Shown here: one piece after another, positions 25,877 to 39,691 of the stretch
Layout: every line of letters starts with the position of its first letter
Position numbering within the stretch: position 1 is the stretch's first letter
Assembly: GCA_965645245.1 (NCBI GenBank)
Contig: OZ287072.1
Span: 1,364,001-1,428,000, forward strand
Source: Massalongia carnosa
Lineage: Eukaryota
Length of the DNA: 64,000 nt
Direction of reading: 5' to 3'
Notes under the pieces: model-generated
Seen by the model: only the letters and a program-made list of their open reading frames with translations
What the model was told of the DNA's origin: nothing
The model's database searches: none
Translations under genes and position numbers: made by a program

Positions 25877-26604
25877 TGAGATGCAAGGTGGAGTTCGAAA
25901 TATGTGTTGTCGAAGTTTTCAAAAGTGGACCTTCGTGGTTCGATACTGGCAAACACAGATCAGCTAACTCCTTTCACTTGCCCATCTAATTGCTCATGAT
26001 TGCTACTCCTCACCTCACGCAGAGCTAGCCGTTCGGCCGGGCTATGCTTGATTCCTTGAGTTGTGCTCAGTCGTAGATAGGTTGGTGCAAAGTATGTTTT
26101 CTTTTTCACAAGATTCGAGGCGTGTTGGTGGTTTTTCCTGGCAGGTGCTTTCTATAGGTTGAAGCTCCTGCCAGATAAATATAAGATAGAAGTGCCAAAT
26201 CGTAGATTTTATGTGTGGGATTTGAGGAGTTTTGGTATAAGTCTGGCTTGTATATTAAAGTAGTATTGATAGCGTCACATCATCAACCTTCGAACTGTTG
26301 TATTTGTAACTCGTTGCCCGCGCAACGGGTATGATTATGTAAGAAACCTCCTTCCATTTAGGGCTGACGCTATATAAGTGTAAGTCGGCATCTTTTAAGC
26401 GAACCCACAACCCCAACTGTTCAACGATTATCGCTGTGGAACATATCTGCAACAGGTTGAGGACGACATTCTTGTCGAGGTAAGCTAGCCTTCATATATT
26501 TATGGTTAATTATTCTTTGTACTATGATTTATTTAGAATTTATTTTCTATACTCCGTGGATATACTTCCCAAACCACTAACATATTCTTTTACTTCAGGC
26601 CATC

Positions 26605-27175
<571 letters not shown>

Positions 27176-27542
27176 GAACAGCTGCTACAGAGGATCAGTG
27201 TTAAGATCAAACAGAAAACTTGTTCATTAGCTTAAGAATTACCTTGGCGAACCAAAATGCAAATCTTACTCGATGATTCTGCGACTTATTGGCTAGAATT
27301 AATTTTAACATTAAAACTTCTCGGCGAGATTTAGGTATTTGAGCCCTGCTGTATTTTGCAAGCTCTTCTTGGCTGTCATGTATCCCGGCTCGTATGACCG
27401 CTGGAACAGGGTTAGTAAACAACATGTTCCAGCCTGGTTTCCCATAATCTCACCCATTCCATACTTAATCAGTCAACATTTGGAAGTTATGGTAGGATGT
27501 ATTGAAATTTCCTTGATGTATCAAATCTCATTATTTACAGCA

Positions 27543-28187
27543 TTATGACTGCCCTTTCGGAGGAAAACTTGAATGGCTTTTTGTGCCAGAGCGTGTTAAA
27601 CGGACGTATTTTAGGTTGCTCATCGAGCTCCAATTCCCACTCCAAGTCCGCAACATCTCTAGGTTCTTCTCATCCTCCATATCCGGTAACCAAAATCCTG
27701 CGCTATATTCACGATCCTCGATGGCCTGGCGCTGTCTCATTAAATCTGCTCGATTACTAGAAGGTCGCCCTGGTCTTCGTTCGCCTTTCAACTGCTCAAT
27801 CTCATCATCGTTCCGTTGTAAATATCTAATGAACTTAAGCATAGCTACCGCACATATAGAGTGCGAAGAGCACCACCTCTGAATCAGTAGTTGTATTTTC
27901 TTAACTTCAATTGGTCCATCAGCAGCCTTCGCCGCCCCTTGGAAATAGGCTACTCTTTGTACTTATTAGGATAAGCAAATAATAACAAAAGCAGAATGTA
28001 GCCAAAAAGAAACCGTACAATGAGGTTGATTTGCTTTCGCTCGCACAGCCGACATTCTTTCTAGCTTCTCTCCTCGGGCCCCAGCTCGTCGGAGTTTCTG
28101 AGAATCTCTGCTGTTCTCATGTAGACTGTTGACCTTGCCTTTCTTCTTTGAAATCTTTTTTTGTACTTTATTCAGGCTTTTCGGCAT
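27543..28187 (-). CDS. TMA16: Translation machinery-associated protein 16; 3 exons
   Basis: MPKSLNKVQKKI...SLHENSRDSQKLRRA and ERRPGRPSS...GFWLPD motifs. Confidence 0.9.
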
Positions 28188-28305
28188 TTTGGGCACTGTA
28201 ACAACTCTTTTGTAATGAACCGAAATTTTAGATTTCTCAAGCCTTGTCCAACGCTAACCATGTTAAGGCTTTAGGTCGTACAATTAGTCACGATTCCGAA
28301 AGGGT

Positions 28306-28355
28306 TCGCGTTATCTTTCCTCCGCCAAATTTACAAATGGCCGTGGAAAACGCGA
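28306..28355. promoter_or_regulatory. MCB-like elements in the TMA16/EXO1 divergent promoter
   Basis: TCGCGT at 28306 and ACGCGA at 28350, upstream of the DNA-repair gene EXO1. Confidence 0.45.
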
Positions 28356-28544
28356 TTGTACGATAGTTGCACGGCTTTCTCGTAGATATCTCTCCTACCT
28401 CTTGCCTAGCTTAGTACTAGCTTAGCTATACATGCTACTCTTTTGACTGGGCGGTGGCCACCAATATGACCTCTTTGTCTTCTAGGACCCAAACCCGCCT
28501 GGGAGCAAGTACACGAGTGGATCTCGTGTATCTCAGGTGTTGCA

Positions 28545-30905
28545 ATGGGCATAACGGGTATGTTGATTCGATAACATATAGAATACAAATTCTTATACCT
28601 CACAGGACTCCTTCCACTTTTGAAGTCAATTCAAAAGCCGTGCAACCTCAAAAAGTTTGCGGGTCTTACAATTGGAGTCGATGCTTACGGTTGGCTTCAT
28701 AGAGGAACTGTAGCTTGCGCTATGGATCTCGCCCTAGGAAAGCCAACAACGAAGTAGGTAATATACTTGAAGATAGAGCACGCTAGCTAAACGATATCTA
28801 GATTCGTCGAATTCTCAATTAATCGAGTACGAATGCTGCTTCACCACGGCGTTATCCCTTACGTAGTTTTTGACGGAGACTACCTACCTAGCAAATCATA
28901 TACTGAGATTGAACGAGCCTCTAAGCGCCAAGAAAGCAGAAAACTCGGACTTGAGCTCTACCGGCTTGGCAAAATTTCCCAGGCTCACCTTGAGTTGCAA
29001 AAAGCTGTTGATGTTACTCCAGAAATGGCGGGACAATTTATCACAGAACTTAAGAAGCTTGGAGTGCAATATCTGGTTGCACCATATGAAGCAGATGCTC
29101 AGCTTGCCTATCTCGAGCGGAAAGGGATCATAGACGGAATTCTATCAGAGGACTCCGACCTCCTCGTCTTTGGTGCTAAATGTCTTTTGACAAAGCTAGA
29201 CCAGTACGGTGACTGCATTGAAATTAATCGAAAAGATTTTACAGCTTGTCGAGAAGTAAGCTTGGTAGGCTGGTCTGATGCCGAATTCCGGTGCATGGCA
29301 ATACTCAGCGGGTGTGATTATCTTACAAACATCAGTAGAATGGGCTTGAAGACTGCATATCGGCTCGTACGGAAGCATAAAACCATAGAAAAAATTCTTC
29401 GAATTTTGGCGTTTAACAATCAACATCAGATTCCACCTGGATATCTAGAATCATTCCAAAAAGCTAACATGACATTTTTGCACCAACGTGTCTTCTGCCC
29501 AGTTGCGAATGATATTGTGATGATGACTAGTCTTGGAGATGAGCCGGAACCCGAAGACTTTTCATTCATTGGCAGCCCCATGGATAAAGACATCGCGATT
29601 GGGGTTTCCCGCGGTGAATTGAACCCCATGACTAAGAAACTATTGGTTGTGGACACAAATAGCGTTGGAAGTACACCGAAAACACCTTGGGGAGGTGTTC
29701 AAAAACAGGCGAGCACTCCGTTCTCAGACATAAAAGGAAACAAATCAATTGAAGCTTTTTTCAAATCTCAGCGGACCCCGCTTGCAGAACTTGATCCGAA
29801 TAGCTTCACGCCATCACCAAATCAGCAGCGTCTTCTACTTCAGAGGACCACCTGGACTTCAAGCCCCGCACCAGCCATATTATCGGCGTCTCAACCCAAT
29901 TTTTCAACGACAGCAACAGCGTCTTTGTCCAAACCGATAAAGACAAGCCTTCCAGAATGCATTAGTATGGAAGCAGACTCACAACTTTCATCATGTTCAT
30001 CCAAACGCCGGCGGCTCTGCTCTGAGTTTGAAAATGGACAGGCTTTTAAGCTCCCAGCCAATATCAATCCAGGCCGAAGCCGATTTTTTGCTGCACCTCT
30101 GCCAAATCTCAGCCCTTCCATTATGAACAAGCAAAGGCGTAGCCGAGAAAAACGTACAGAGTTGAACATCTGGTCGGATGACTCCATTGATGATGTAATG
30201 GCTGGCTTACCTGATGTTTCTGAATCCCTTGGATCAAACAGAAGTACCAATCTCAGAGTATTTAGGGATGAGAATCAGGGCATTGTCGAAGCCGTTCTTC
30301 CTACTTTGATCCAAGCCGATAGCTTGTCTTTAGAGAACTCCCAAGCTTCGTTTAATTCCCACGCGTCTATCGGCTCAAGTACTTCCATAAGTACGGGTGC
30401 AGCGAGTGTCACCAGTTCCAGTCTGTCAGTCGCCCAAACTTTGAACGAAAATGTGAGTGCTGAATTGGCGGCTTTGAACAAAAACTTTTTATATCAGCCA
30501 TCCTTAAAGAATCTCCCGCAGCAGAGCAGCACGGAAGAAAGCCCCCGAGAAAAGAAGAAGCCGAAGCATTTGGCAACAAAAACGCTTATAGCCAGGCAAG
30601 GTAGCATGACTCCATTACAACGCCTCGGTGCAGGTGCTTTGAATAGATCTTTGTCTTATAGCGGACTCGAATTAAGTGTTTTAACCTATCCATCGAAGGT
30701 CCATGGCGCAGTAAAAACATCGGATACCCCGGGGATCCCAAAGGTTGTAACCAACCTCAAGAAAGTGCCACCCATGATAAGAGGTAGCGAAGATCTCATA
30801 ATCCCCGACTCAGAGGACGATCCGGACGATGAAGTATCTGCGCCCGAAGCGGATGCGCCTTACAGGCCGAATTTGGATCTTGGGCGCTTTGTGTTTACGA
30901 CGTAG
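28545..30905 (+). CDS. EXO1: Exonuclease 1 (XPG/Rad2 family); 3 exons
   Basis: MGITG|LLPLLKSIQKP...GVDAYGWLHRG|...VFDGDYLPSK, VAPYEADAQLAYL, SEDSDLLVFG, ILSGCDY; C-terminal RSRFF motif and disordered tail. Confidence 0.96.
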
Positions 30906-31362
30906 GATTGCGTTCTGGATTTTGAGGGGCTAGGGATTAGGATTAGTGGTCAAGAGATGCAGTCTCTTATAGAGTGGAGTTCTAGCGGGAAAGTCTGCAT
31001 CTGGGTTCGTGCAAAAACGGTTGAAGCTTGATGACAAGAATAAATGAATTCCTTAGTCTACCAGTCCGGCAGCTAGCGTTTTAGTACGAGGTACGAGTAG
31101 ACTACTGGTTTCGTAGGAAGTGGGATACATCGTTCAGTTCGCTGTCGCTAATACTACAAATACAAAATGTTATGCGCCAGAGCTTTCATATCTTCATCAA
31201 TCGTTACCAAGATCTAACCCCTCGGGATGCGAAAATCGATTGTATATATAGACTAGGAAGCTGACTCACATCTATTTACGTACAACATTCTCTCATGTGT
31301 TTTGGTCAGTAATTATTATTTTAAATAATTAAATCTAGATAATGTCGAATTTACCTCATTCA

Positions 31363-31506
31363 GACACTTTGGCCGAGTGGTTAAGGCGACAGACTTGAAC
31401 TCTACCACATAAATCTCCCTCCTTCGTTGAGAAAGTTGAATCGTGTTGGTATGATATTTGATATCTGTTTTCTTCGGAAGCGCAGGTTCGAACCCTGCAG
31501 GTGTCG
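31363..31506 (+). tRNA. tRNA-Ser (anticodon TGA) with a 63-nt intron (31400-31462)
   Basis: Acceptor GACACTT/AGGTGTC, D-arm TGGCCGAGTGGTTAAGGCG, anticodon stem ACAGA/TCTGT with loop CT-TGA-A, long variable arm with a TTCG loop, T-arm GCAGG-TTCGAAC-CCTGC, downstream T-run. Confidence 0.95.
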
Positions 31507-31518
31507 GGTTTTTTTTTC

Positions 31519-31546
31519 CCTCTCCTCTCTCTCTCTCTCTCTCTCT
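31519..31546 (+). repeat. (CT)n microsatellite
   Basis: Dinucleotide run directly after the tRNA terminator. Confidence 0.85.
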
Positions 31547-31807
31547 ACTTACACTTACCTTTTGAGAAGGGTGGGTGAGCGAAGTGAGGAGGAAGGGGGA
31601 AGAGTGTGTGTGGATGATGAAATCATATATAAACTCCGGAACTAACTGATACTTGATGTAGGATGGGATGGCTATTTGGGGAAATAAATTGTATGATGAA
31701 TGTTAGATATGCGTCTATTGATGCCACAAAAGACTGAGCCTAAACAAAATAGCTGCCGAACGCCATTCCGTACACCGCGTATATAAACAAATGCGCTTGC
31801 ACCAAAA

Positions 31808-33452
31808 TCAAAATCCATTCGGAAACTGGAACCCACCTCCTCCACCTTGAAACTTGAAGCCCCCGCCTCCTCGTCCAGCCCCGCCTTGTTGAAAGAAGAA
31901 GTGTTGACCCCCTTGTCCCTGCCCAAACGGACTTCCGTGAAACGGCTGCCCTTGCTGCTCCTGACTATTCGGATCGTCGCCCCTATCAAAGCGCGCGCGC
32001 AGCTCTGGATCACTAAGAACCTCGTACGCCTCGTTGATATCGGCCATTTTCTTCTCGGCCTGCTCCTTGGGCACACCCTGGGCGGCAGTTTTATCCGGGT
32101 GAAACTGCTTAGTTAGGGCGCGGTACTGACGCTTGATGGTACGGTCGTCGGCGTCGCGGTCCACGTGTAGGACCTTGTAGTAATCCTTGTTCTTGGAGCG
32201 TTTGAGCAGCGTGTGCGCCGTCTGCAGGAGCTGCTGGATCTGCGGGGCGGAGGGGTGGTGTTCTTTGGCGTGGTTGAGCGTTTGAATCGCAGCGTCATGG
32301 TCGTCGGCGTCGAGGTGGCGTTGAGCTTGGGAAATGAGCGCAGGGAGAGAGTTGGGATTTAGCCCGAGGGCTTCGGTACAGTAGGGGAGTGCTTTCTTCT
32401 TGTTGTTCATCTAGTGGTGCGTGTTAGTTCAGTTTCGGGGAAACGCAGGGGATGGTAGGGAGGATTACATCTGAATAGAGTTCGCACGCCAACTCAACTA
32501 AACTGCTGTATAGATCGTTCGGGGAGTTCTTGTGTATATGACCTAATTCTTTAGCGGAGCTAACGTCTGCCTTCACGTCCTGAATCAAGCCCGTTTCCTC
32601 TCCGACTCCCACCAGAAGCTTCACAGCGCTGTTAAATTGGCGTTTCTCTTTAAACGAATTGATCTGCTTCAGCGTTTTGTCCACTTGCTTCTGGCGTCTG
32701 TATAGTTTGCTACATGCTTTGGAGTCTGGATCTGAATGCAAACACCTCCGTATCTGCGCTAGACCCTTGTCTAAATCCCCCACGGCGTAGAAAAGCATCG
32801 ATGATATCTGAAGATGCGGTTCTACCAATCCTGGCGAGATCTGGAGAACGTGGGCTAGATCGCTCACGCCCTCCAAGACCTCTCCCCTTTCGAACCGACA
32901 CCTTGCCCTCAGCTGTCGCAGGCTCAAGGATGTACTTGCAACTAGAATTGCTACGCCGGCCTGATGAACGCATCCCTCCCAATCGCTAGATTTTTCGGCG
33001 TCAAATGCCAGCGAAGCTGCCCCCTGTGCCTCTTCCAATTGGGCTATTTCAGCCTCTCCTTTCTTGTTCGCAGCTTCATAATCTTTCCGAGCAGCTTTCC
33101 AGTCTGCGTTTTTGCTCTTTATTTTTGCTCTCTGAAGCAATGCCCCTTCAAAATCTGGTCGAATAGCCAGGACTTTGTCAAAATCCCGGCTGGCTTGCGC
33201 GTTTTTCCCTAGCGAAAGGTATGTTGCTCCTCGCTGGAAAATTGTGAGATAATTCTGAGGGTCTCGGGATATGGCAACGTCGAAGTACGTCAGCGCATCG
33301 TTGGCATTGCCTTGAGCAAGGTTTGCTTTTGCCGAGGAGACTAAGGATGCTATTGGGGTGTCTGGAGGGATTTCGGAGGGTGAAAGGCAAAGTGCGAAAG
33401 GAAAAGCGAAAAGAACAGCTCCCAGAGCGATTGATGAGAACCGGGTGATCAT
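31808..33452 (-). CDS. ER-luminal TPR + DnaJ co-chaperone (DNAJC3/P58IPK-like); 2 exons
   Basis: Signal peptide, multiple TPR helices, J-domain KDYYKVL...QFHPDK...DINEAYEVLSDPELRARFD, G/F-rich tail. Confidence 0.93.
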
Positions 33453-34153
33453 GTCGATGTATTTTTCAAAATAGGCAGGGGAACGAATTCAGAGGTAGGA
33501 TTTACCCACTATATTCTTCGTAGAAAGTCCACTGTCTGTATATCTGGCCATTTCTGGTTCCGAGCCCTACGAGAAGATGTCTGGATAGGACATGGCTATA
33601 CTAGATGCAGGACAGACTTCAACTCCGCAATCATTTTCAACTACCAAATATCACTTCAATCACTATGAATTAAAAACCTAAGGGACCTTCGGCTTTTGGG
33701 TAGCAATGAAATACTTGTTAAGATTAGCATGTGTGGCTTTGAATGTCTGTGAAATGATGTTTTCAGATAGAGAATACACGGCAGGGTGTGTATCGCCTCG
33801 GTGAAAGATTATCGCCTCCACTATCAACCAAGTCATCGATTGAAATATTTTTGACTGATGGATTTGACTATTATGAGCGCAGATGTACTAAGTCTTCCCC
33901 CATATATTCTATCATCCTTTTCTCTTCAACTTTCTACATTTCGTAACATTACATGATGTGAAAATATGTGATTGCTTCTCACTTTTGTCTTTTCATTACC
34001 CATTGAACGTTCAACCTTTCTCGTATCAACCGCAGGTTTTGTTCCTTTTCTTACGCGTAACTTAAAGTCACTCTGTGGTATTGCCTAGGAATCATTCGTT
34101 CCCAAGGCACAAAACACCGAGAGCAGGAGCGCTGTCAAGATTCGCCGGCCACC

Positions 34154-37075
34154 ATGGGACATCTGGTGACTTTGGCGACATGCAGCCTCAATCAGTGGCC
34201 AATGGATTTCACCGGAAATGGCAGGTTCTGGCTCGATGATTTTACAGCAATCAGGCTGACATGCTTCAGCTGAGCGTATCATTGAGTCGATTCGGCAGGC
34301 AAAATCAAAGGGCGCAATGCTGCGTGTCGGGCCAGAGCTCGAGATCTGTGGATATGGATGTTTAGATCATTTCCTAGAATCAGATACATTCCTTCACTCC
34401 TGGGAAGTCCTTGCGGCCATCATCAACCATAAGGAGTGCCAAGATATTGTGCTAGACATAGGGATGCCTGTACGGCACAAAAATTCTCGCTACAATTGCC
34501 GGATAATTGCATATAACAGGAAGATTATATTGATCCGACCAAAGATGTCTCTTGCGAACGAGGGAAACTACCGAGAGATGAGATATTTTACGCCTGTGCG
34601 TATCACTTCCGTTCGGAAGGGGTTTTTTTGGTTAATGGTTAGCAGTGGCAAAGGGTTGGAGAAGTAGAGGAATATTACCTCGAGAGTATCGTCGGCGTAA
34701 TTACTCATCAAGCAAAGGTTCCCTTTGGAGATGGTGTTATCTCGACAATAGATACCTGTTTCGCTTGCGAAACATGTCAAGAATTGTTTGATTCTGTGGC
34801 CCCCCATGGACCTTTGGGCTTGGACGGGGTCGAGATATACACCAACTGTAAGTCCACAATGCTCGTTTGTACGCATGACTGGCTTGCTAAGAAACCCGGC
34901 AAATCTAGCAAGTGGCAGCCATCATGAACTTCGAAAGCTCAATATTCGTGTTAATCTCATATTAGAGGCTACGAGGAAGTGCGGTGGAATATATCTTTAT
35001 GCTAACCAAAAAGGATGCGAAGACCGGCTTTAGTGTGTTTCGCCTATGCATCTAGATGTTCTGGGATTTGCTGATTCGTCTACAGTTATGATGGATCTGC
35101 CATGATCATTGTCAATGGAACCATTGTCGCCTTGAATCCACAATTCTCGCTTATGGACGTGGAGGTATTGGTAGCAACTATAGATGTGGAAGAAGTACGA
35201 ACTTATAGATGCTCACCAAGCCGAGGGATGCAAGCACAACGTATCCGCAAATACCCTAGATTCGAGATACCGACACGGCTGTCAAAACCTCTCAAAGACG
35301 GTGTACTCCAAAGACGCGAAGAAGTAGCTGAGATTGACGTACAATACCACACTCCAGAGGAAGAGATAAGTCTTGGTGCAGCTTGCTGGTTATGGGATTA
35401 TCTGCGGAGGTGCGGTGCCGCCGGGTACTTCGTCCCTGTAAGTTTAGACACCCCCACCCAGTTCTTCTTGTTTGTAGACAAAGATGAGCTAATAAATACC
35501 ACTTGTACTAAAGCTAAGTGGTGGTATTGACAGCTGTGCCACTTCGGTGTTGGTTTATTCAATGTGCCGCCTCGTATGCGAAGCCGTACGCAATGGCAAC
35601 GAGCAAGTCATTAAGGACGCAAGAAGAATAGTCGGAGAGCATGAAGACTCGCAATGGAAACCTTCAAGCGCTGAAGATCTTTGGTAAGTCTCTTTAGCCA
35701 GCCGCCATCTTCTACCGGATCTAATCTAAAAATTTCACCACATGAAGTAATCGCATCTTCCATACATGTTACATGGGGTCCAAGAACTCAAGCAAAGAGA
35801 CTAGAGCCAGAGCCAGAGATCTCGCCAAGGATATTGGCGCATTTCATGTTGACATAGACATTGATAAGGTAACAACAGCCCTCATCGACGTCTTTGTTGG
35901 CTGGTCGAGATGGATGCCGCGCTTCAAGTCCAACGGGGGAAGCTTGACAGAAAATCTAGCGCTTCAGAACATCCAAGCTCGGAGCCGTATGGTCCTTGCA
36001 TACCTGTTTGCTCAGCTATTGCCCACTTTTCGGGCACGAAGGAATGGAGGTGCCTTGCTTGTCCTTGGTTGGTTGTAATCGGGTGCTCAAGTAAGGTCAA
36101 CAGTGGCTAATCTATGGAAAGCATCATCGAACGTGGATGAATCCTTGTTTGGTTACTACACAAAATATGAGTATGTACTCTGTAGAATAATGTTTGAAGG
36201 TCGCTGTATGTTAAAACCTGCAGTTGTTCGTCCGCCGACATCAACCCTATAGGTATGCATACCCTACACGAATCTAGTCCCCCATAGCGTGGCAGTTCTA
36301 GTCTTCCAAAATTTTGCTAATCGTACATCATAGGCGGCATCTCAAAAACAGACCTCAAGCGCTTCATCGCCTACGCCCAACAAACCTTTGACCTCCCAAT
36401 TCTCGGCTCCTTCTTGACCGCCACCCCAACTGCAGAATTAGGCAAGCCATTCTCCCCTCTCCCTATCCTCACCCTAGACTGAGCTCAAGCTTACTAAAAA
36501 CCCCTCTCCCTTTCGCCAGAGCCTATATCAGATACCTACGTGCAATCCGACGAAGCCGACATGGGCCTTACATACAACGAGCTCTCCATCTTTGGGCGTC
36601 TTCGGAAGGTGCATAAACTCGGCCCATGGGGTTGCTATACGAAGCTACTTTCCGTCTGGCGCGATCGCTCTCCGAGCCAGATTTACGAGAAGACTCGTTT
36701 GTTTTTCCGGTCATACGCGATCAATCGGCATAAGATGACGACACTGACGCCAAGTTTGCACATGGAGACTTATTCACCGGATGATAATCGGTAAGAATGG
36801 TTTTCCCTTAACCCACTTTCTCTTTTTGTAGTGCGCTGAAGGGGTGAAGAAAAAGATGCTGATTTGGTGTGGCGTTGAAATAGCTTCGATCTAAGGCCTT
36901 TCCTATACCCTAACTGTAAGTTTCTAAGCCTCAGCCCAAGCCCAAGCCCAAGACGTGCGGAAGCTTTGGGTTCTAACAGGACTTTGCAGTTTCATGGCCA
37001 TATCGGAAGATCGAAGCACATGTGGCGAAGATGGAGGACCAGGACCAGGACCAGGTGAAGAACGAAGCAGAGTAA
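34154..37075 (+). CDS. QNS1: Glutamine-dependent NAD+ synthetase (highly intron-fragmented)
   Basis: [15 protein letters not shown]; nitrilase triad E (GPELEICGY), K (IRPKM), C (ETCQEL); synthetase motifs [75 protein letters not shown]. Confidence 0.95.
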
Positions 37076-38162
37076 GCTTTCTGCGGATAAGCGTGGAGAC
37101 TGAGCGGAAAACGGTGCACTCAGAAGCTAGCATTGCGGTTTTTATCCATAAAAGGGGGTGGCTTTTAAGGATATTTGAAGCCTCTTCCGACATAGGAGGA
37201 AATCCATGTGTAGAGTCGTTTTTTCTGCCATGTATAGAGATTTGGTGTTTAAAGGCCAGGGTATGGAGGAGCGGAGGGGAGCGACAAGGGAATAGATATG
37301 GTTACGGAGGGACCGTTCATTACGCGCAGAAAAATCGCCACAGGTCTAGATATGCACGTTAGCTTGGAGCCGTTGCAGTTCATCGCTAGCTAGGATTCCA
37401 GAGTAAAACAGCCAGACAAACAGACGTTATCAAAAGTTGGATCAATTAAAAAGACGCGAAAAACATGTTGCACACCTTGGGTTAGGAGGAAAGTGTTTCA
37501 GCATCACCCGTTGTCCCCAATACCCCACACATATATATCCTCTTTCCATGTATGTAAACATGAGTGGCATATAGATAGCTCGGCTCAACACTCTCTCCTC
37601 CCTATTGCGAGAAGAAGAAAAAAAGAAAAAAGAGGAGACAGCCCAACTGATTACTATTACCCTCCAACCACCAAACCCGGCCACTCTTAAAATCAGAAAC
37701 CAGCCAGTCTGTCTTTTCCTCTTTCCTTCCAAGTACAACGATGCAGAAAAAGGTTACTGATGAAAGAGAAGGACCGACCAGTTACATAACGTAATGATAT
37801 ATTGGATATACTCCGTGTATATCTTTATGTACAGACTTGATCAATGTTCGCTTGCCCAACTCTGGATTAACCTACCCCCCGTAAACGCCTTCTAGTTACT
37901 AAACTGCCTACCTATCGGTGGAAAGAGAACGCCGTGATATAAAAGGCTGGCGTAGGTTAGGTAGGTGGGTAGGTAGGTCCATGGTGTCGACAGGAGGTTT
38001 GGCGAGAGGTGACGTGACGAATGAAAAGGAAAAAAGGAACATCAAACTGAAATCAGAACCCTCTACTCCGCCCCCTCCTGACTTGCCATCGACTTCACAC
38101 AGGCTTCTTTTTGCCTCTTTGTCCACCTGCACCGGCAAGGTCACAGATACCATAAAACAAAT

Positions 38163-39236
38163 CTACTCCCTCCTCTCAATCAACCCCTCAAACATGCCAT
38201 CCCGCTTCCTGACCAACCCCTCCAACTCCCTCCTCATGCGCTCCACCTCCAAAAGTGCCATCTCCTTGTCCGGTGGCAAGCCTTCGAACCCCCGCACCCT
38301 TCCCTCAAGCCCGCGAACCCGCGCTTCCAAGTCCCGCAGCTCGCGCTCCTCCACGCGCAGTTCGGGAAGGCCGATACCAATTGCGGGGGGTTTGCCGTGG
38401 GAGTGAGAGTGGTTGCGGTTGTGGCTGTGGCTGTGATTATGGTTATGAGTGGGCGCGTGGTTATGATTGCCTTTCTCCAAGCGGCGAGCGCGCTCGCGGT
38501 ATTCACCTAGTTTCGCACCAAGTTGTTTGCTACCGCGGTTCCAGCCCCCTGTTTTCGATACTAGACCGTTCGGGGTCTGAAACGTGGATTCTGCTCCGGG
38601 CGCAGCCGTTGGGGTTGACGACGCGGGGTTTGAATTTGAAGTACTGGAGGATTCTCCGCGAAGCTTGTTCAGCAACTCCTGGGCGAGGGCATGCTCGGAT
38701 TTGAGCTGCTGATGCAGAGACTCGACGCGGGCAAGCTGCTGAGCTGTTTCGGATTCGGAGCGCGTAAGATGGGAGAGTGAAAGGGCCATTGTCGAGGAGT
38801 TTGGGGGGTCAAGGCAGCGAAGTGCTGCGGGGAGGGTGGAGAGATGATGAAGGATTGTGTGGGCTTCGGGGGAGAGGGATGAGACGATTTCAGCCAGGAA
38901 GGGAAGGGTCGGGTCGGTGTTTGAGGTTAGGTGGCTGATGGGATTGTTACCGTCCTTTTCGTCCTTGTTGGTGGTTAACAGAAAAGAAGCCTGAAGCTCT
39001 TGAAGTGCAAGAGCACGCGTGCGAGCGAGAAGAGCGTTCCGATCAGTTTGAGCGGAGGAATAGCTTGAGAGCTGAAGCAGGGCCTGGAGGGTTGCGGGGT
39101 TTCGCTCAAAGGGCGGGATGGGGTGAGGATGAAAGAAGGGGGTAAGGAAATAGGTGACTTCAGACCAAGCTAGAGAAAGTGAAGCTGCTTGTGCAGCTTT
39201 GGATGGGGATAGAATTGGGTCAGGCAGGTTGTCCAT
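38163..39236 (-). CDS. Augmin/HAUS1-like coiled-coil protein
   Basis: N-terminal LSPSKA...W...IPPFERNPATLQALL and C-terminal FEGLPPDKEMALLEVERMRRELEGL...RDGMFEGL resemble fungal HAUS1; first ATG at 39236. Confidence 0.75.
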   Translation of the reverse strand: MDNLPDPILSPSKAAQAASLSLAWSEVTYFLTPFFHPHPIPPFERNPATLQALLQLSSYSSAQTDRNALLARTRALALQELQASFLLTTNKDEKDGNNPISHLTSNTDPTLPFLAEIVSSLSPEAHTILHHLSTLPAALRCLDPPNSSTMALSLSHLTRSESETAQQLARVESLHQQLKSEHALAQELLNKLRGESSSTSNSNPASSTPTAAPGAESTFQTPNGLVSKTGGWNRGSKQLGAKLGEYRERARRLEKGNHNHAPTHNHNHSHSHNRNHSHSHGKPPAIGIGLPELRVEERELRDLEARVRGLEGRVRGFEGLPPDKEMALLEVERMRRELEGLVRKRDGMFEGLIERRE

Positions 39237-39691
39237 GTAATTCTGCAAGATACAAAGTAGCAGGTTTAGGGGATGATTTGGGGAGTTGTGGAGTGGAACG
39301 AACGAACTGGGAGGATGTGGAGGATGAATTTAAGGCTGCTAGCGTTAACCCTTTCAGTTAGCCCCAGGCCTAGTTATTTATAGTGCGGCAATTTCCTTCG
39401 GATGGACGAGCGAAAAGGGATCGTCGCCCTCAAGTCCATCGCAAGCGTTGCTGGGACGTGTGGACCATTACTCTTATACAAGATGCTGTGCTCTGCGGAT
39501 GGCACAAATCCTCCATAGAGGGACCTGCCATGGGATATCTAATAATGTACGAGATGGAGTCGAAAGTTGCAAAATTCATCCTCTCATCCTAATATCACGG
39601 GGCGCTCATGGCCAACCCCGACGACGAGCATGCCCAACCATTCCAGCCAGTACGGGTTGAGACTCCAGGACTGGCTCAAGAAAATTAAGCC

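Noticed and set aside
26480..26598. Intronic snoRNA in the RPS31 5'UTR intron
   Set aside because: AT-rich with no C/D box pair or H/ACA structure.
31363..31506. Selenocysteine or opal-suppressor tRNA
   Set aside because: The anticodon is TGA (reads UCA, Ser); a Sec or opal tRNA would have TCA.
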